Source: Candidatus Magasanikiibacteriota bacterium
Lineage (GTDB): Bacteria > Patescibacteriota > Minisyncoccia > UBA6257 > GWB1-50-10
DNA length: 59,797 nt
Assembly: GCA_042218035.1 (NCBI GenBank)
Contig: JBDGRM010000032.1
Location: 1 to 59,797, forward strand
Direction: 5' to 3'
The notes under the pieces are model-generated. The model did not search any database. It saw only the letters and a program-made list of their open reading frames with translations, and had not been told where the DNA came from. Shown in pieces: positions 51,407 through 59,797 of the stretch. A program made the translations under genes and the position numbers. The stretch's first letter is position 1, and each line of letters begins with the position of its first letter.

Positions 51407-52363
51407 ATGAAAAGCAACCCTTTTAAAAAATCGTGGATTTGGGTTGTTGTGTTATTTGTGCTTTTTGCTTTATTGGGTTTTTCTGCATTTCAAAGAGCAG
51501 AAAAGGATAGAGTTGGAAAGGGGCTTTCTGAAAAAAGTGAGCCAATTAATTCTACAAGCACTTCGGAGCAGGACAAGAAAGGCACTGCAAGCATTGTGGA
51601 GGTTAAAAACCGAAAAGATAGTCAGAAAACTGAAAAGGGAAATAATCTTAAAACTGCTACTGTGACATATGTGATAGACGGGGATACGGTGAAGTTGGAT
51701 AGTGGTGAAAAAGTTAGACTTCTGGGAATAAATACTCCGGAAAGTGGCCAACCCTACTTTTCAGAAGCAAGAGATAAAATGGTCGAATTGGTTGAAGACA
51801 AGCAGGTTAAATTGGAGAGAGATGTAACCAACAGAGGTAGGTATGGCAGATTGTTGCGGTATATTTGGGTTGGAGATACTTTGGTTAATGCTAAAATAGC
51901 GAGACTTGGATTCGCTAAGTCTTATTCAAAACCCCCTGATATTAAATACCAAAAGAAGATTTTAGAAGCTGTAAGATATGCAAGAGAGAATGATTTGGGG
52001 CTCTGGAATAAACCTTCTGATTCAGAGAAAAACAAAAAAATCACCATTCTAAATTTTGAACCGAATGCTCCGGGTAATGACAATAAAAATAAAACCCGGG
52101 AGTATTTTGCCCTAAAAAACGAAGGTACTGAGTCTATAAACTTAGACGGCTGGACGGCAAGGGATGAAGCGAACAAGACCTTCACTTTTCCGGATGTTGT
52201 TCTTGAACCTAACTCTAAGATAACGGTTCGGAGCGGTTGTGGTGAAAGCTCCACCACAACTTTATATTGGTGTGCGGATGAGTACGCCGTTTGGAACAAT
52301 AGCGGGGATACTTTATTTTTGCGAAACCCTCAAGGTGAGTTAGTATTAGAATACAGTTATTAA
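51407..52363 (+). CDS. Membrane-anchored or secreted thermonuclease (SNase) fused to a lamin-tail domain (LTD)
   Basis: N-terminal TM. SNase VIDGDTVKLDSGEKVRLLGINTPE...RGRYGRLLRYIW. LTD-like ILNFEPNAPGNDNKNKTREYFALKNEGTESINLDGW. Confidence 0.85.
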   Translation: MKSNPFKKSWIWVVVLFVLFALLGFSAFQRAEKDRVGKGLSEKSEPINSTSTSEQDKKGTASIVEVKNRKDSQKTEKGNNLKTATVTYVIDGDTVKLDSGEKVRLLGINTPESGQPYFSEARDKMVELVEDKQVKLERDVTNRGRYGRLLRYIWVGDTLVNAKIARLGFAKSYSKPPDIKYQKKILEAVRYARENDLGLWNKPSDSEKNKKITILNFEPNAPGNDNKNKTREYFALKNEGTESINLDGWTARDEANKTFTFPDVVLEPNSKITVRSGCGESSTTTLYWCADEYAVWNNSGDTLFLRNPQGELVLEYSY

Positions 52364-52396
52364 CTTTATTTTACGACCTCGGAGGTTGTAAATACT

Positions 52397-52874
52397 ATGA
52401 AGGATAAAAACGCTCAAAAAGAAAACTGTAAATTTTGCAAGATGGTGGAGGGTGATCTAGATTTTCATAAGATTTTTGAAAGTGAAAAGCATCTTGCTTT
52501 TTTTGTCTATTTATCCCAATACTAAAGGTTTTTCTGTGGTGATTCCCAAGGAGCATTATTCGAGCTATGCTTTTGATCTGCCGGATGAGGTTTTGAGTGA
52601 TTTGATGACTGTTTCTAAAAGAGTTGGTAAATTGCTTGATAGAAAATTAGAAGATGTAGGTCGGACTGGGGCTATATTAGAAGGTTTCGGGGTTGATCAT
52701 GTTCATGTAAAGCTTTTTCCGATGCATGGAACTGATGATTTAGAAAAATGGGAGAAAATAAGTTCAGATGTTGATAAATACTTTGAGGAGTATGAAGGTT
52801 ATATATCTTCTCATGATTATGAAAGAGCTGATGATGAAAAATTAGAGGAATTAGCGGAAAAAATTAGAGATTAA
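52397..52874 (+). pseudogene. HIT-family hydrolase interrupted by a 1-nt frameshift in a T7 run (either a pseudogene or a homopolymer error)
   Basis: From ATG 52397 the frame reads MKDKNAQKENCKFCKMVEGDLDFHKIFESEKHLAF, then shifts. The other frame continues LSIYPNTKGFSVVIPKEH...GVDHVHVKLFP (HxHxHxx). Removing one T at 52498-52504 joins the frames. Confidence 0.8.
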
Positions 52875-52889
52875 TTTAAACTTTTATTT

Positions 52890-53297
52890 GTGAATATATT
52901 CGAAAAAGTAAAAAACCTTAATTTGCCGGAAGGTGAGTATGTTGTAGTAGGGAGTGGAGTATTAGGTGCTTTGGGTTTGAGAGAAGTTAATGATATAGAC
53001 ATCCTTGTATCGGAGAGACTTTTAAAAAAGTTTAGAAATAAAGAAGGATGGGGGGAAGAAAGAAAGTTTGAAGAGGATAAACTTTTCTTGAATAAAGATG
53101 GAATTGATATTTTTTCGCAATTAAGTTGGGAAGATTATTCTACAACCAGAGAAGAGGCAATTGAAACAGCTCGAATAATTAACGGAGTTCCATTTTTGAA
53201 TATTGAAGAAACCATCAAATTTAAGGAAGCCTTAGGTAGAGAAAAAGACAAAAAAGACATTGAATTATTAAAAAGCTCAGAATTTACTAATTTCTAG
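52890..53297 (+). CDS. Small nucleotidyltransferase-fold-like protein (hypothetical; GTG start)
   Basis: VVGSGVLGALGLREVNDIDILV resembles the G[SG]-x(n)-DxD minimal NTase pattern. Confidence 0.45.
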   Translation: MNIFEKVKNLNLPEGEYVVVGSGVLGALGLREVNDIDILVSERLLKKFRNKEGWGEERKFEEDKLFLNKDGIDIFSQLSWEDYSTTREEAIETARIINGVPFLNIEETIKFKEALGREKDKKDIELLKSSEFTNF

Positions 53298-53347
53298 ATT
53301 TTCTTTTAGTTTAATTTTTAATTTTGAAAGCTTAACCCTATAAGTTC

Positions 53348-54601
53348 ATGTATAATTTTAAACACACTCAATTAGATAACGGGCTTGATGTAATTACAGC
53401 TCAAAAAGATTCTTCGGTTGTTGTTTCTCAGTTATGGTTACAGTGTGGCTCTAGATATGAAAAAGACGAAGAGCGAGGAGTTTCTCACATGTTAGAACAT
53501 TTACTGCTTGATGGAACAAAGAACAGACCTGGGCCGGTTGAGCTTCAAAGTGAGATTGAAGACTTGGGTGGAGATTTAAATGCTACTACCCGCAAAGAAG
53601 AAACCTTCTTCTATACAAAAGTACCTAAAAACAAAAAAGAAGAAGGTTTAGAAATAATAGCTGATATAATACAAAATCCATTATTTAAACAAGAACACTT
53701 CCGAAAAGAAAAAGAGGTAGTTTTAAAAGAAAAACAAGAGGAGCTGGATAACCCTGAAGATAAATTGAGTTTAAAATCTTTAGAAAAATTTTTCGGCTCT
53801 CACCCTTTAGCTAAAAATGTTTTAGGTTCTAAAGATGAAATAAGAGAGATAGAACTGGAAGATATAAAAAGGTTCTATGAAAAATTTTATCGGCCCTCAA
53901 GAGCAGTTCTTGTTATTTCCGGAGGAGTATCTCACAAGGAATCAATTGAATTAACGCAGAACCACCTTTCTTCTTGGCAAAATAGAAGCAACTTCAAAGA
54001 AACAGATTCTCAGAAAGAGCTTCCAAACTTGAATGGAGAAAGATTGTTTTTAGAAGAAGACTCTATAGAAAATACGATATTGCATATCAATTACCGGGGG
54101 TTTTCAATTTCAGAAAGAAAAAAAGATGCAGCTCTAGATCTTGTTTCTATATTTTTAACAGGCGGGATGAGCTCTTTTCTTTATGATAAGTTGAGAAACG
54201 AAAAAGGATTGGTTTATGGAGTCGGTTCTTATAATGCTTCTTATAGTGATGTCGGAAGATTTAATATAAACACCTCCTCTTCGGAACCAGAAAAAGTTTT
54301 AAAGATAATCAATGAATGTATGGATGGACTAAAAGATAAACTAACCTCACAAAAAATCAATAAATTAAAAGAAAAGAACGAAAATAGACTCTGGGTTAAA
54401 ATGGACAATCCTTACAAAATTGCGCATTTTTTAGGTTTCTATTTTACATTCCATGAAAAACCTTATTACCCCCAGGATTATATAGAAGACATAGAATCAG
54501 TAGATGAAAAGTTAATTGGCAACTTAGACAATTTTCTAAAACCCTCAAAAAGGTTAGTAAGTATGATTGGCCCTAAAGATTCAAAACTTACAAAGTCGTG
54601 A
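53348..54601 (+). CDS. M16-family (pitrilysin/insulinase-like) zinc peptidase
   Basis: Inverted zinc motif HMLEHLLLDG (HxxEH) and a two-domain size of 417 aa. Confidence 0.85.
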   Translation: MYNFKHTQLDNGLDVITAQKDSSVVVSQLWLQCGSRYEKDEERGVSHMLEHLLLDGTKNRPGPVELQSEIEDLGGDLNATTRKEETFFYTKVPKNKKEEGLEIIADIIQNPLFKQEHFRKEKEVVLKEKQEELDNPEDKLSLKSLEKFFGSHPLAKNVLGSKDEIREIELEDIKRFYEKFYRPSRAVLVISGGVSHKESIELTQNHLSSWQNRSNFKETDSQKELPNLNGERLFLEEDSIENTILHINYRGFSISERKKDAALDLVSIFLTGGMSSFLYDKLRNEKGLVYGVGSYNASYSDVGRFNINTSSSEPEKVLKIINECMDGLKDKLTSQKINKLKEKNENRLWVKMDNPYKIAHFLGFYFTFHEKPYYPQDYIEDIESVDEKLIGNLDNFLKPSKRLVSMIGPKDSKLTKS

Positions 54602-54789
54602 ATTTTGTAAATTCTTCATTTTTCAGTCTGGAGATATAGATAAGATCTAAGTTTGACAAAATTCATTATTTAAAAAATAATTTTAGCAGAAGTTAAAGTT
54701 TTCATACGAGTATATTTCCAACAACTGGTTGGAAGGGGTGAACCTCATGTCCCATTTAGATTGAGGAAATTGCCCAAGAGGTGATTGTT

Positions 54790-54975
54790 ATGGGTAAAAC
54801 AGGCAAAAGTGGATGGCGTACTAGCAAGCCTCACAAGTCTGATGATTCCCGAATCGGGAAGCATACCGATACTGAGTATTACGACAAAAAAGGGAACAAG
54901 GACAAAAGTAAGGGCAAGCTCAAAGTTTCCGGAAGGAAACATAAGCCATCCATGACCGATATCCACTCCTCTTAA
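54790..54975 (+). CDS. Small Lys-rich basic protein (hypothetical)
   Basis: agaggtga Shine-Dalgarno-like sequence 5 nt upstream of ATG 54790. A hairpin with a T run lies downstream at 55003-55038. Confidence 0.4.
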   Translation: MGKTGKSGWRTSKPHKSDDSRIGKHTDTEYYDKKGNKDKSKGKLKVSGRKHKPSMTDIHSS

Positions 54976-55057
54976 GTAAGTAAATCTGAAAAAGAGAAGT
55001 GGGAGAGCTGAGCATCTCTATAAACTGCTCTCTTTTTTAATTAAATTAATAACAAAA

Positions 55058-55360
55058 ATGAAGGACGAAAAACAAAAAGTAGATATTAAAAAAGGAGAGA
55101 AAGTTGAGTGGAATGAGCTTGAATGGGAAAATCCAGAAAAAGAAAAGATAGTAAAAGATATTCTAAATCTTCGAGATGATCAAGTAATAGCACTTTCTTT
55201 TTTGGTTGGTGTTAAATTTGATAAAAATGAAGTTCAAGAAGTTATAAAAGAAATAAAAAAGAATGGTAAACAATCGCAAAATTTAGAAGCCATACTAAGC
55301 GAAGGAGAGTCAAAAGAAAAAATTAAATGGTGGGTTTCTTATTTTAAAAATCAAAATTAA
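55058..55360 (+). CDS. Hypothetical protein, 100 aa
   Basis: ORF in the same direction as its neighbours. No motif. Confidence 0.4.
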   Translation: MKDEKQKVDIKKGEKVEWNELEWENPEKEKIVKDILNLRDDQVIALSFLVGVKFDKNEVQEVIKEIKKNGKQSQNLEAILSEGESKEKIKWWVSYFKNQN

Positions 55361-55388
55361 AAGAATTATTAAAAAGTTAATTTAATTT

Positions 55389-56012
55389 ATGAACCAAAGT
55401 ACACCAAAAATAATATTTAAATACGCTTATCCTTTAGACAGTAATAGACGCAGACTTTTTGAGAAGAAAAATTTAGGGGAATATCCCGAATTTGATGAAG
55501 TTAAAAAAGAAGTTTCAAAATGGAAAAATTTTTGGAAAGATTTTAACAAAGATAACCGAGTAATAGAAAAAATAATAGATCTTACCGGTCTGGTTTATCC
55601 TCACGATATTGAAGCTTTTGTTATCGGAGCGGGTTTAAATCCAATGTCGACCCCTTTAATACTTCCTATGCAAAGAATGGGTAATGATTATTGTCAAACC
55701 AAAGGAGAGAGAGCAGAGATCATTATGCATGAAATTTTGCATAAATTTGTAGGAGATCCAGAAATGTCTCCAAAAACAGAAGAATATTGGGACACCTTGA
55801 GAGAGAAATATTCAGAAGAACCCACAAAGACACAGAACCATATCATAATCTATGCCTTACTCATAAAACTTTTTGAAAAATTTTTGCCTGAAGAAAATAT
55901 AGAAGATTTTGTAAATGAAGATTTTTCTCGTTATGTAAAGGCTTTAGAAATTGCTCAAAACGAAGGAGCGGATAATTTAATTGAAGAGTTTCAAGAGTTA
56001 ACTAAAGAATAA
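55389..56012 (+). CDS. Hypothetical protein with an HExxH motif
   Basis: IIMHEILHKFVGD. No other recognisable features. Confidence 0.5.
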   Translation: MNQSTPKIIFKYAYPLDSNRRRLFEKKNLGEYPEFDEVKKEVSKWKNFWKDFNKDNRVIEKIIDLTGLVYPHDIEAFVIGAGLNPMSTPLILPMQRMGNDYCQTKGERAEIIMHEILHKFVGDPEMSPKTEEYWDTLREKYSEEPTKTQNHIIIYALLIKLFEKFLPEENIEDFVNEDFSRYVKALEIAQNEGADNLIEEFQELTKE

Positions 56013-56045
56013 AAGATAAAAGATGAATTTATAGAAACTAACCTT

Positions 56046-56906
56046 ATGAAATATCCGAAGATATCGAAAAAATTGGAAAAGATGAGAGATAGAGATCAAG
56101 ACCTAAGAAAGCAAGTTGATCCTTCACGGCCTAACAAAGATGAAGAACTTAAAAATAAAATAGAGAAAATTGATAGGGAGCACACTGAAAAACTGAAAGA
56201 TATAATCGAAGAGATAGGATGGCCGACAATTCCAAAAGTCGGTGGTAGAGCTTCAGAAGGAGCCTGGATTTTAGCCCAACACTCTAGGGATTTAGATTTT
56301 CAAAGGAAATGTTTAGAAATGCTTAAAGAAAACAAGGAAGATATTTATGAATCTAAAATACCTTATCTAAAAGATAGAATAATGGTTAACGAAGAAGATA
56401 GGCAGATTTATGGAACTCAATTTAGAAGAACAGAAGATGGGCTTGAACCTTATCCTATAAAAAATAAAGAAAATTTGAATGAAAGAAGGAAAAAATTCGG
56501 TTTGGAAAGCTTTGAAGAATACAAAAAGAAAGCTACTCCTCCTTTCAAGTGGTCCAAATGTATACTGATAAATGATAATGATGTTTTATTGGTGCGTCAG
56601 AAACCAGCGGAAGACAAATGGACTTTACCAGGCGGAAGAGTTAAGTTCCATGAATCATTTGAGGAAACTGTAAAAAGGGAGATAAAGGAAGAGTTGGGGT
56701 TGGAGTTGGAAGAGGCAGAAAAATTGGAAAAGTGGCATACTGATCATAGGGACTTTGAAGATGTTTTTTGTTTTTTCAAGGCAGAGATAAACAAGTCTGA
56801 AGTTTCAATAAATGATGATGAAATATTACGATTTGAATGGTTTCTTTTTAAGGAATTGCCGGGCAATATAGGGAGGGTAGCTCAAAAAGGGTTGAAATAT
56901 TTATAA
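56046..56906 (+). CDS. Two-domain protein: an unknown N-terminal helical domain plus a C-terminal Nudix hydrolase
   Basis: Nudix box GGRVKFHESFEETVKREIKEELGL. Confidence 0.75.
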   Translation: MKYPKISKKLEKMRDRDQDLRKQVDPSRPNKDEELKNKIEKIDREHTEKLKDIIEEIGWPTIPKVGGRASEGAWILAQHSRDLDFQRKCLEMLKENKEDIYESKIPYLKDRIMVNEEDRQIYGTQFRRTEDGLEPYPIKNKENLNERRKKFGLESFEEYKKKATPPFKWSKCILINDNDVLLVRQKPAEDKWTLPGGRVKFHESFEETVKREIKEELGLELEEAEKLEKWHTDHRDFEDVFCFFKAEINKSEVSINDDEILRFEWFLFKELPGNIGRVAQKGLKYL

Positions 56907-56975
56907 ATTACTGAACCATAAATTTAATTTTAAAATTAAAAAGCCCAGCGGTTTTTGCCGGGTTTTTTGTTTTTC

Positions 56976-57233
56976 TCATTCGAATTCTATGGTCGGGCAA
57001 ACTTTTTCTTTCTTGGCTTTAATAAACTCTTTCATGAGTTTATATTCTTCGGAGCTTTTAAATTCGGCAACTTTATTCCAAAAGAATTTCAATAAAAGGA
57101 TAACAAGAATTGACCCTAAAATTATTCCCGGCCACATTAAATCTTTAGTAGATGCTGAAATGATAAAAGAACCAGTGGTGGAAGCCACCAAGTAAATCAA
57201 GTATCCGGCTATTAAAGCTGTCCACAAAAACAC
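56976..57233 (-). CDS. Small membrane protein (hypothetical)
   Basis: Two TM segments. It is the only minus-strand ORF in this region. Confidence 0.4.
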   Translation of the reverse strand: MFLWTALIAGYLIYLVASTTGSFIISASTKDLMWPGIILGSILVILLLKFFWNKVAEFKSSEEYKLMKEFIKAKKEKVCPTIEFE

Positions 57234-57422
57234 ATTGATTGGCCAGTTTCTCCAATTTGGAATTGCTTCAATCGAATGATAAGAAAATTTTATTCAATAG
57301 GTACAAGATACCTCCCCAGATTTGCAAGAAAAGTTCCATATCGAGACATTTGATCTATGAAGAATACAGTTTGAAGGAACTAATTTTATTTTATAATATA
57401 ACCCTATTTTTGTCAATATAAG

Positions 57423-57451
57423 TTGACAAGAAAAAATATTTTTAATTTAAT
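57423..57451 (+). promoter_or_regulatory. Sigma-70-like promoter candidate
   Basis: TTGACA, 17 nt, TTTAAT, about 27 nt upstream of ATG 57478. Such hexamers are common in AT-rich DNA. Confidence 0.3.
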
Positions 57452-57477
57452 GAAATTGGTTCATTGTATTCTGAATA

Positions 57478-58185
57478 ATGAATAGTTTGCCAGCTATGAG
57501 TACTCGAAGTGGTAGTTTTTTGGCTTCTCCAAGCTTTCAAGATTCTGTCAAAGAAGCAAGAAGAAAATCCCAAAAAGTTTTTTATAACAATCAAGACCCG
57601 GTTCCAGTCAGGGAAAATGAGCTACTTTTTGAAAAGTTAATTGAGGATTTGGGGAAAGATTATGCTGACCAAGCTTTCTTTCTTCCTCGAGAGCAGACCT
57701 TTCGAGGTCTTTTCCGAAGTACTGAGGTTATAATTTTTCGAAAGGAAGATATTCAAGAAGTTGAATTAGGCTTCTTGAGGGGTGAATTTAGTCCCCGGAA
57801 GCATTTACAGGGCTTTTCTCATGAATTAAAGATTGGAGAATTTGGTAATTTACCTTTAGTAACTACTCCTGAAAAGGCAGAAAGCACAGAAAGCTTTCGA
57901 GTTTTGGTCAATGGATTTTGGGCATGGTACGGACAAAAGAGGCATGGAAAGGACGAAGGTGAAATTACAGCTGAAGGTTTTTGGCCATGTGGAATAAGAG
58001 TTTCTTCCCGGAAAGGTTTTCCTCCCTATCTATCTGGTTACATTCGAAGACCTATATCACCATTTAAAAAGATGTGGGACTTGTTGAGAGCTTTTAATAT
58101 ACCTGAAAGATTGGATCATTTTTACTTTCCTGTTTCGAAAAATAATTTTGAAGAAGTGAAAAGTTATATTTTATCTTTGAAGTAA
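57478..58185 (+). CDS. Hypothetical protein, 235 aa
   Basis: ORF followed by a strong terminator. No motif. Confidence 0.5.
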   Translation: MNSLPAMSTRSGSFLASPSFQDSVKEARRKSQKVFYNNQDPVPVRENELLFEKLIEDLGKDYADQAFFLPREQTFRGLFRSTEVIIFRKEDIQEVELGFLRGEFSPRKHLQGFSHELKIGEFGNLPLVTTPEKAESTESFRVLVNGFWAWYGQKRHGKDEGEITAEGFWPCGIRVSSRKGFPPYLSGYIRRPISPFKKMWDLLRAFNIPERLDHFYFPVSKNNFEEVKSYILSLK

Positions 58186-58194
58186 GTATTTTTT

Positions 58195-58231
58195 AGCCCG
58201 CCCCACTTTTTATGGGCGGGCTTTTCTTTTT
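58195..58231 (+). terminator. Intrinsic terminator
   Basis: agcccgccc-N10-gggcgggct followed by tttctttttg. Confidence 0.7.
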
Positions 58232-58291
58232 GTTAAAATGAAAATAAGTTTAAATTTTTTGAGTTTGACGTTTAAAATTTTAGTTTATTTT

Positions 58292-58975
58292 ATGAGTAGA
58301 GAAATAATGGTTATATCTTTGGGTGGTTCATTAGTGGTTCCAGATGATATTGATGTGAATTTTTTGAAACGTTTCAGAAGTTTGATTTTAGAGCAAATTG
58401 ATCAAGGTAAGAGATTTGTGATGGTTTGTGGAGGAGGGCAAACGGCTCGTAATTATCAGAATGCAGCCGAGCAAACAACAGAATTAAGCAGAGAGGATCT
58501 TGACTGGCTAGGAATTTATGGAACCAGAATTAATGCTTATCTCTTGAAGAAAATATTTAAAAAAGAATCTCATTCTGAAGTAATTACAAACCCAGAAGAG
58601 GAAATAAATTTCAAAGAAAATATACTGGTAGCTGCTGGCTGGAAGCCGGGTGCAAGCACTGATCTTATGGCTGTGCTTTTAGCAAAAAAATTTAAAACCA
58701 ATAAAGTAATCAACCTAACTGATATTGATTATGTTTATGATAAAGATCCTGAAAGATACGATAATCCTCAACCTGAAAAGAGAATTTCTTGGGATAAGTT
58801 CAGAGATATTATTCCAGAAGAATGGAGTCCCGGACTCAGTAGTCCTTTCGATCCGGCTGCATCCCGCAAAGCGGAAGAGAATGATATAGAGGTTGCTATT
58901 ATAAACGGGTCAGAGTTGAGCCGGGTTGAAGATTACTTGAAAGGTAAAAATTTCAAGGGAACTTTAATTAGGTAA
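58292..58975 (+). CDS. pyrH: UMP kinase (amino-acid-kinase fold, archaeal-type length)
   Basis: MVISLGGSLVVP, VMVCGGGQTARNY, and AAGWKPGASTDLMAVLLA. I place the start at ATG 58292. Confidence 0.85.
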   Translation: MSREIMVISLGGSLVVPDDIDVNFLKRFRSLILEQIDQGKRFVMVCGGGQTARNYQNAAEQTTELSREDLDWLGIYGTRINAYLLKKIFKKESHSEVITNPEEEINFKENILVAAGWKPGASTDLMAVLLAKKFKTNKVINLTDIDYVYDKDPERYDNPQPEKRISWDKFRDIIPEEWSPGLSSPFDPAASRKAEENDIEVAIINGSELSRVEDYLKGKNFKGTLIR

Positions 58976-59019
58976 GTTTTTAATATTTTTTTGAGATTTA
59001 ATTTATACTACTTCTTAAT

Positions 59020-59430
59020 ATGAGTAATGATAAAAAGAAGCCATCTTTAACGGTGGATGGGGTTTTACATGACGGTGGCAAAGTTTTGATGATTAAAAGA
59101 CAAATCCAACCCTTTTTGGGTCACTGGGTTTTGCCCGGTGGTCATGTTGAGTATGGAGAAAAGGTAAAGGAGGCCTTGAGGCGGGAAATTTTTGAAGAAA
59201 CGAACATTGAAATAGACTTTGCTAAGTTGGTAGGAGTTTATTCAGACCCAGACCGTGACCCGAGAGGTCATGTGGTAAGCTGTGCTTATATGGCCGAGAC
59301 TGGAAAACCGCAAGAGGTGGCCTTGAACAAAGAAGCAAGTGAGTATAAGTTTTTTGAGTTTGGAAGTCTTCCGGAAAAAATAGGTTATGATCACCGTAAA
59401 ATTATTTTGGATGCGAAAGACAAAATTTGA
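59020..59430 (+). CDS. Nudix hydrolase
   Basis: Nudix box GGHVEYGEKVKEALRREIFEETNI. Confidence 0.85.
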   Translation: MSNDKKKPSLTVDGVLHDGGKVLMIKRQIQPFLGHWVLPGGHVEYGEKVKEALRREIFEETNIEIDFAKLVGVYSDPDRDPRGHVVSCAYMAETGKPQEVALNKEASEYKFFEFGSLPEKIGYDHRKIILDAKDKI

Positions 59431-59583
59431 TGGTGTCATTATATTTGAAAACTCCTTTTTGATCCTCTTTAGTTGAGGAAATATTTATGATCTAAGTAAT
59501 TTTACTATTCTTGACTTATCAGAGACTGTTGCTATTCTTTGCAAACGGTTCTTTGAATTACTCATAAAGTCAGCTTGATTCTT

Positions 59584-59797
59584 ATGTCTGAGATTGCTTC
59601 TTTGCGAGAAACTTCAGAAGTTATTTTAGTGCGTCACGGTGAGGATACTGACAATAAAAATGGCATTCTTAATGGTCATCGGGATAATAATTTGACCAAT
59701 CGTGGAATAAAGCAAGCACTTGAGGTAGGAAAAGAATTAAGAAGTTACGACCCGGATATAGTTTTTTCTTCACCCTTAAAGAGAGCTAAACATACTG
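59584..59797 (+). CDS. Histidine phosphatase superfamily (phosphoglycerate mutase-like), 5' partial
   Basis: From ATG 59584: MSEIASLRETSEVILVRHGEDTDN...LTNRGIKQA. The RHGE catalytic motif is present. The gene runs off the window. Confidence 0.7.
   Translation, partial: MSEIASLRETSEVILVRHGEDTDNKNGILNGHRDNNLTNRGIKQALEVGKELRSYDPDIVFSSPLKRAKHT

Noticed and set aside
52890-53297. Toxin-antitoxin (MNT/HEPN-type) pair involving the small nucleotidyltransferase-like ORF
   Set aside because: No HEPN-like partner is adjacent, the neighbouring HIT gene is an unrelated family, and the NTase motif match itself is weak.
54749-54757. A third occurrence of GTCCCATTT, the half-site of the 49.1-kb palindromes
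   Set aside because: It is an isolated 9-mer with no dyad partner. That is within chance expectation for this window size, so it is not evidence of a regulon.
1-59797. Alternative genetic code (TGA recoding, as in some candidate phyla)
   Set aside because: Long conserved genes (gyrB, dnaE, thrS, gatB, res) are uninterrupted under the standard code. Several genes also end cleanly at TGA (for example 24235, 34685, 40021 and 54601).
1-59797. CRISPR arrays, rRNA genes and tRNA genes
   Set aside because: There is no run of three or more regularly spaced repeats. The repeats seen are pairs (38 bp, 43 bp, ~57 bp tandem). No intergenic spacer showed a tRNA T-loop/acceptor pattern or rRNA-like sequence by eye. 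A tRNAscan/Infernal run would be needed to be certain.

Overview
AT-rich, gene-dense window read with the standard genetic code. Long conserved genes such as gyrB and dnaE have no in-frame TGA, and several genes end in TGA. The gene content suggests a reduced-genome bacterium, possibly Patescibacteria/CPR (Parcubacteria-like). This is inference from three things: a release factor lacking domain 1, rplK not followed by rplA, and many secreted orphan proteins.

Positions ~1-29.5 kb are mostly housekeeping:
- PfkB kinase, class II FBP aldolase, an RF1-type release factor, GalT-like protein
- L25, L31, gyrB, secE-nusG-rplK, tmk, gatB, thrS, dnaE, gap, xseAB
- a block of secreted Cys-rich proteins around a VKOR-family oxidoreductase

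Positions ~29.6-52.9 kb look accessory:
- a frameshifted lexA with a four-pentamer palindromic operator candidate
- orphan genes
- an ArsR-headed metal/thiol membrane cluster
- a duplicated cfa 5' segment bracketing an IS30-like scar
- a five-gene co-directional island (41.4-49.0 kb): Type III Mod, Type III Res, a minimal Ser/Thr kinase, a 388-aa orphan, and a 226-aa wHTH/nuclease-like orphan
- a highly structured 400-bp spacer with covarying tandem palindromes
- a 43-bp perfect repeat (promoter cassette) used twice
- a secreted SNase-LTD nuclease

The island is the best candidate for an undescribed system.

The last 7 kb holds a peptidase, Nudix proteins, pyrH and orphans. I recognised no rRNA, tRNA or CRISPR array. 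Three genes (lexA, the kinase, a HIT protein) are each broken by a single-base frameshift at a homopolymer. This may be an assembly artefact, so it limits any pseudogene claim.
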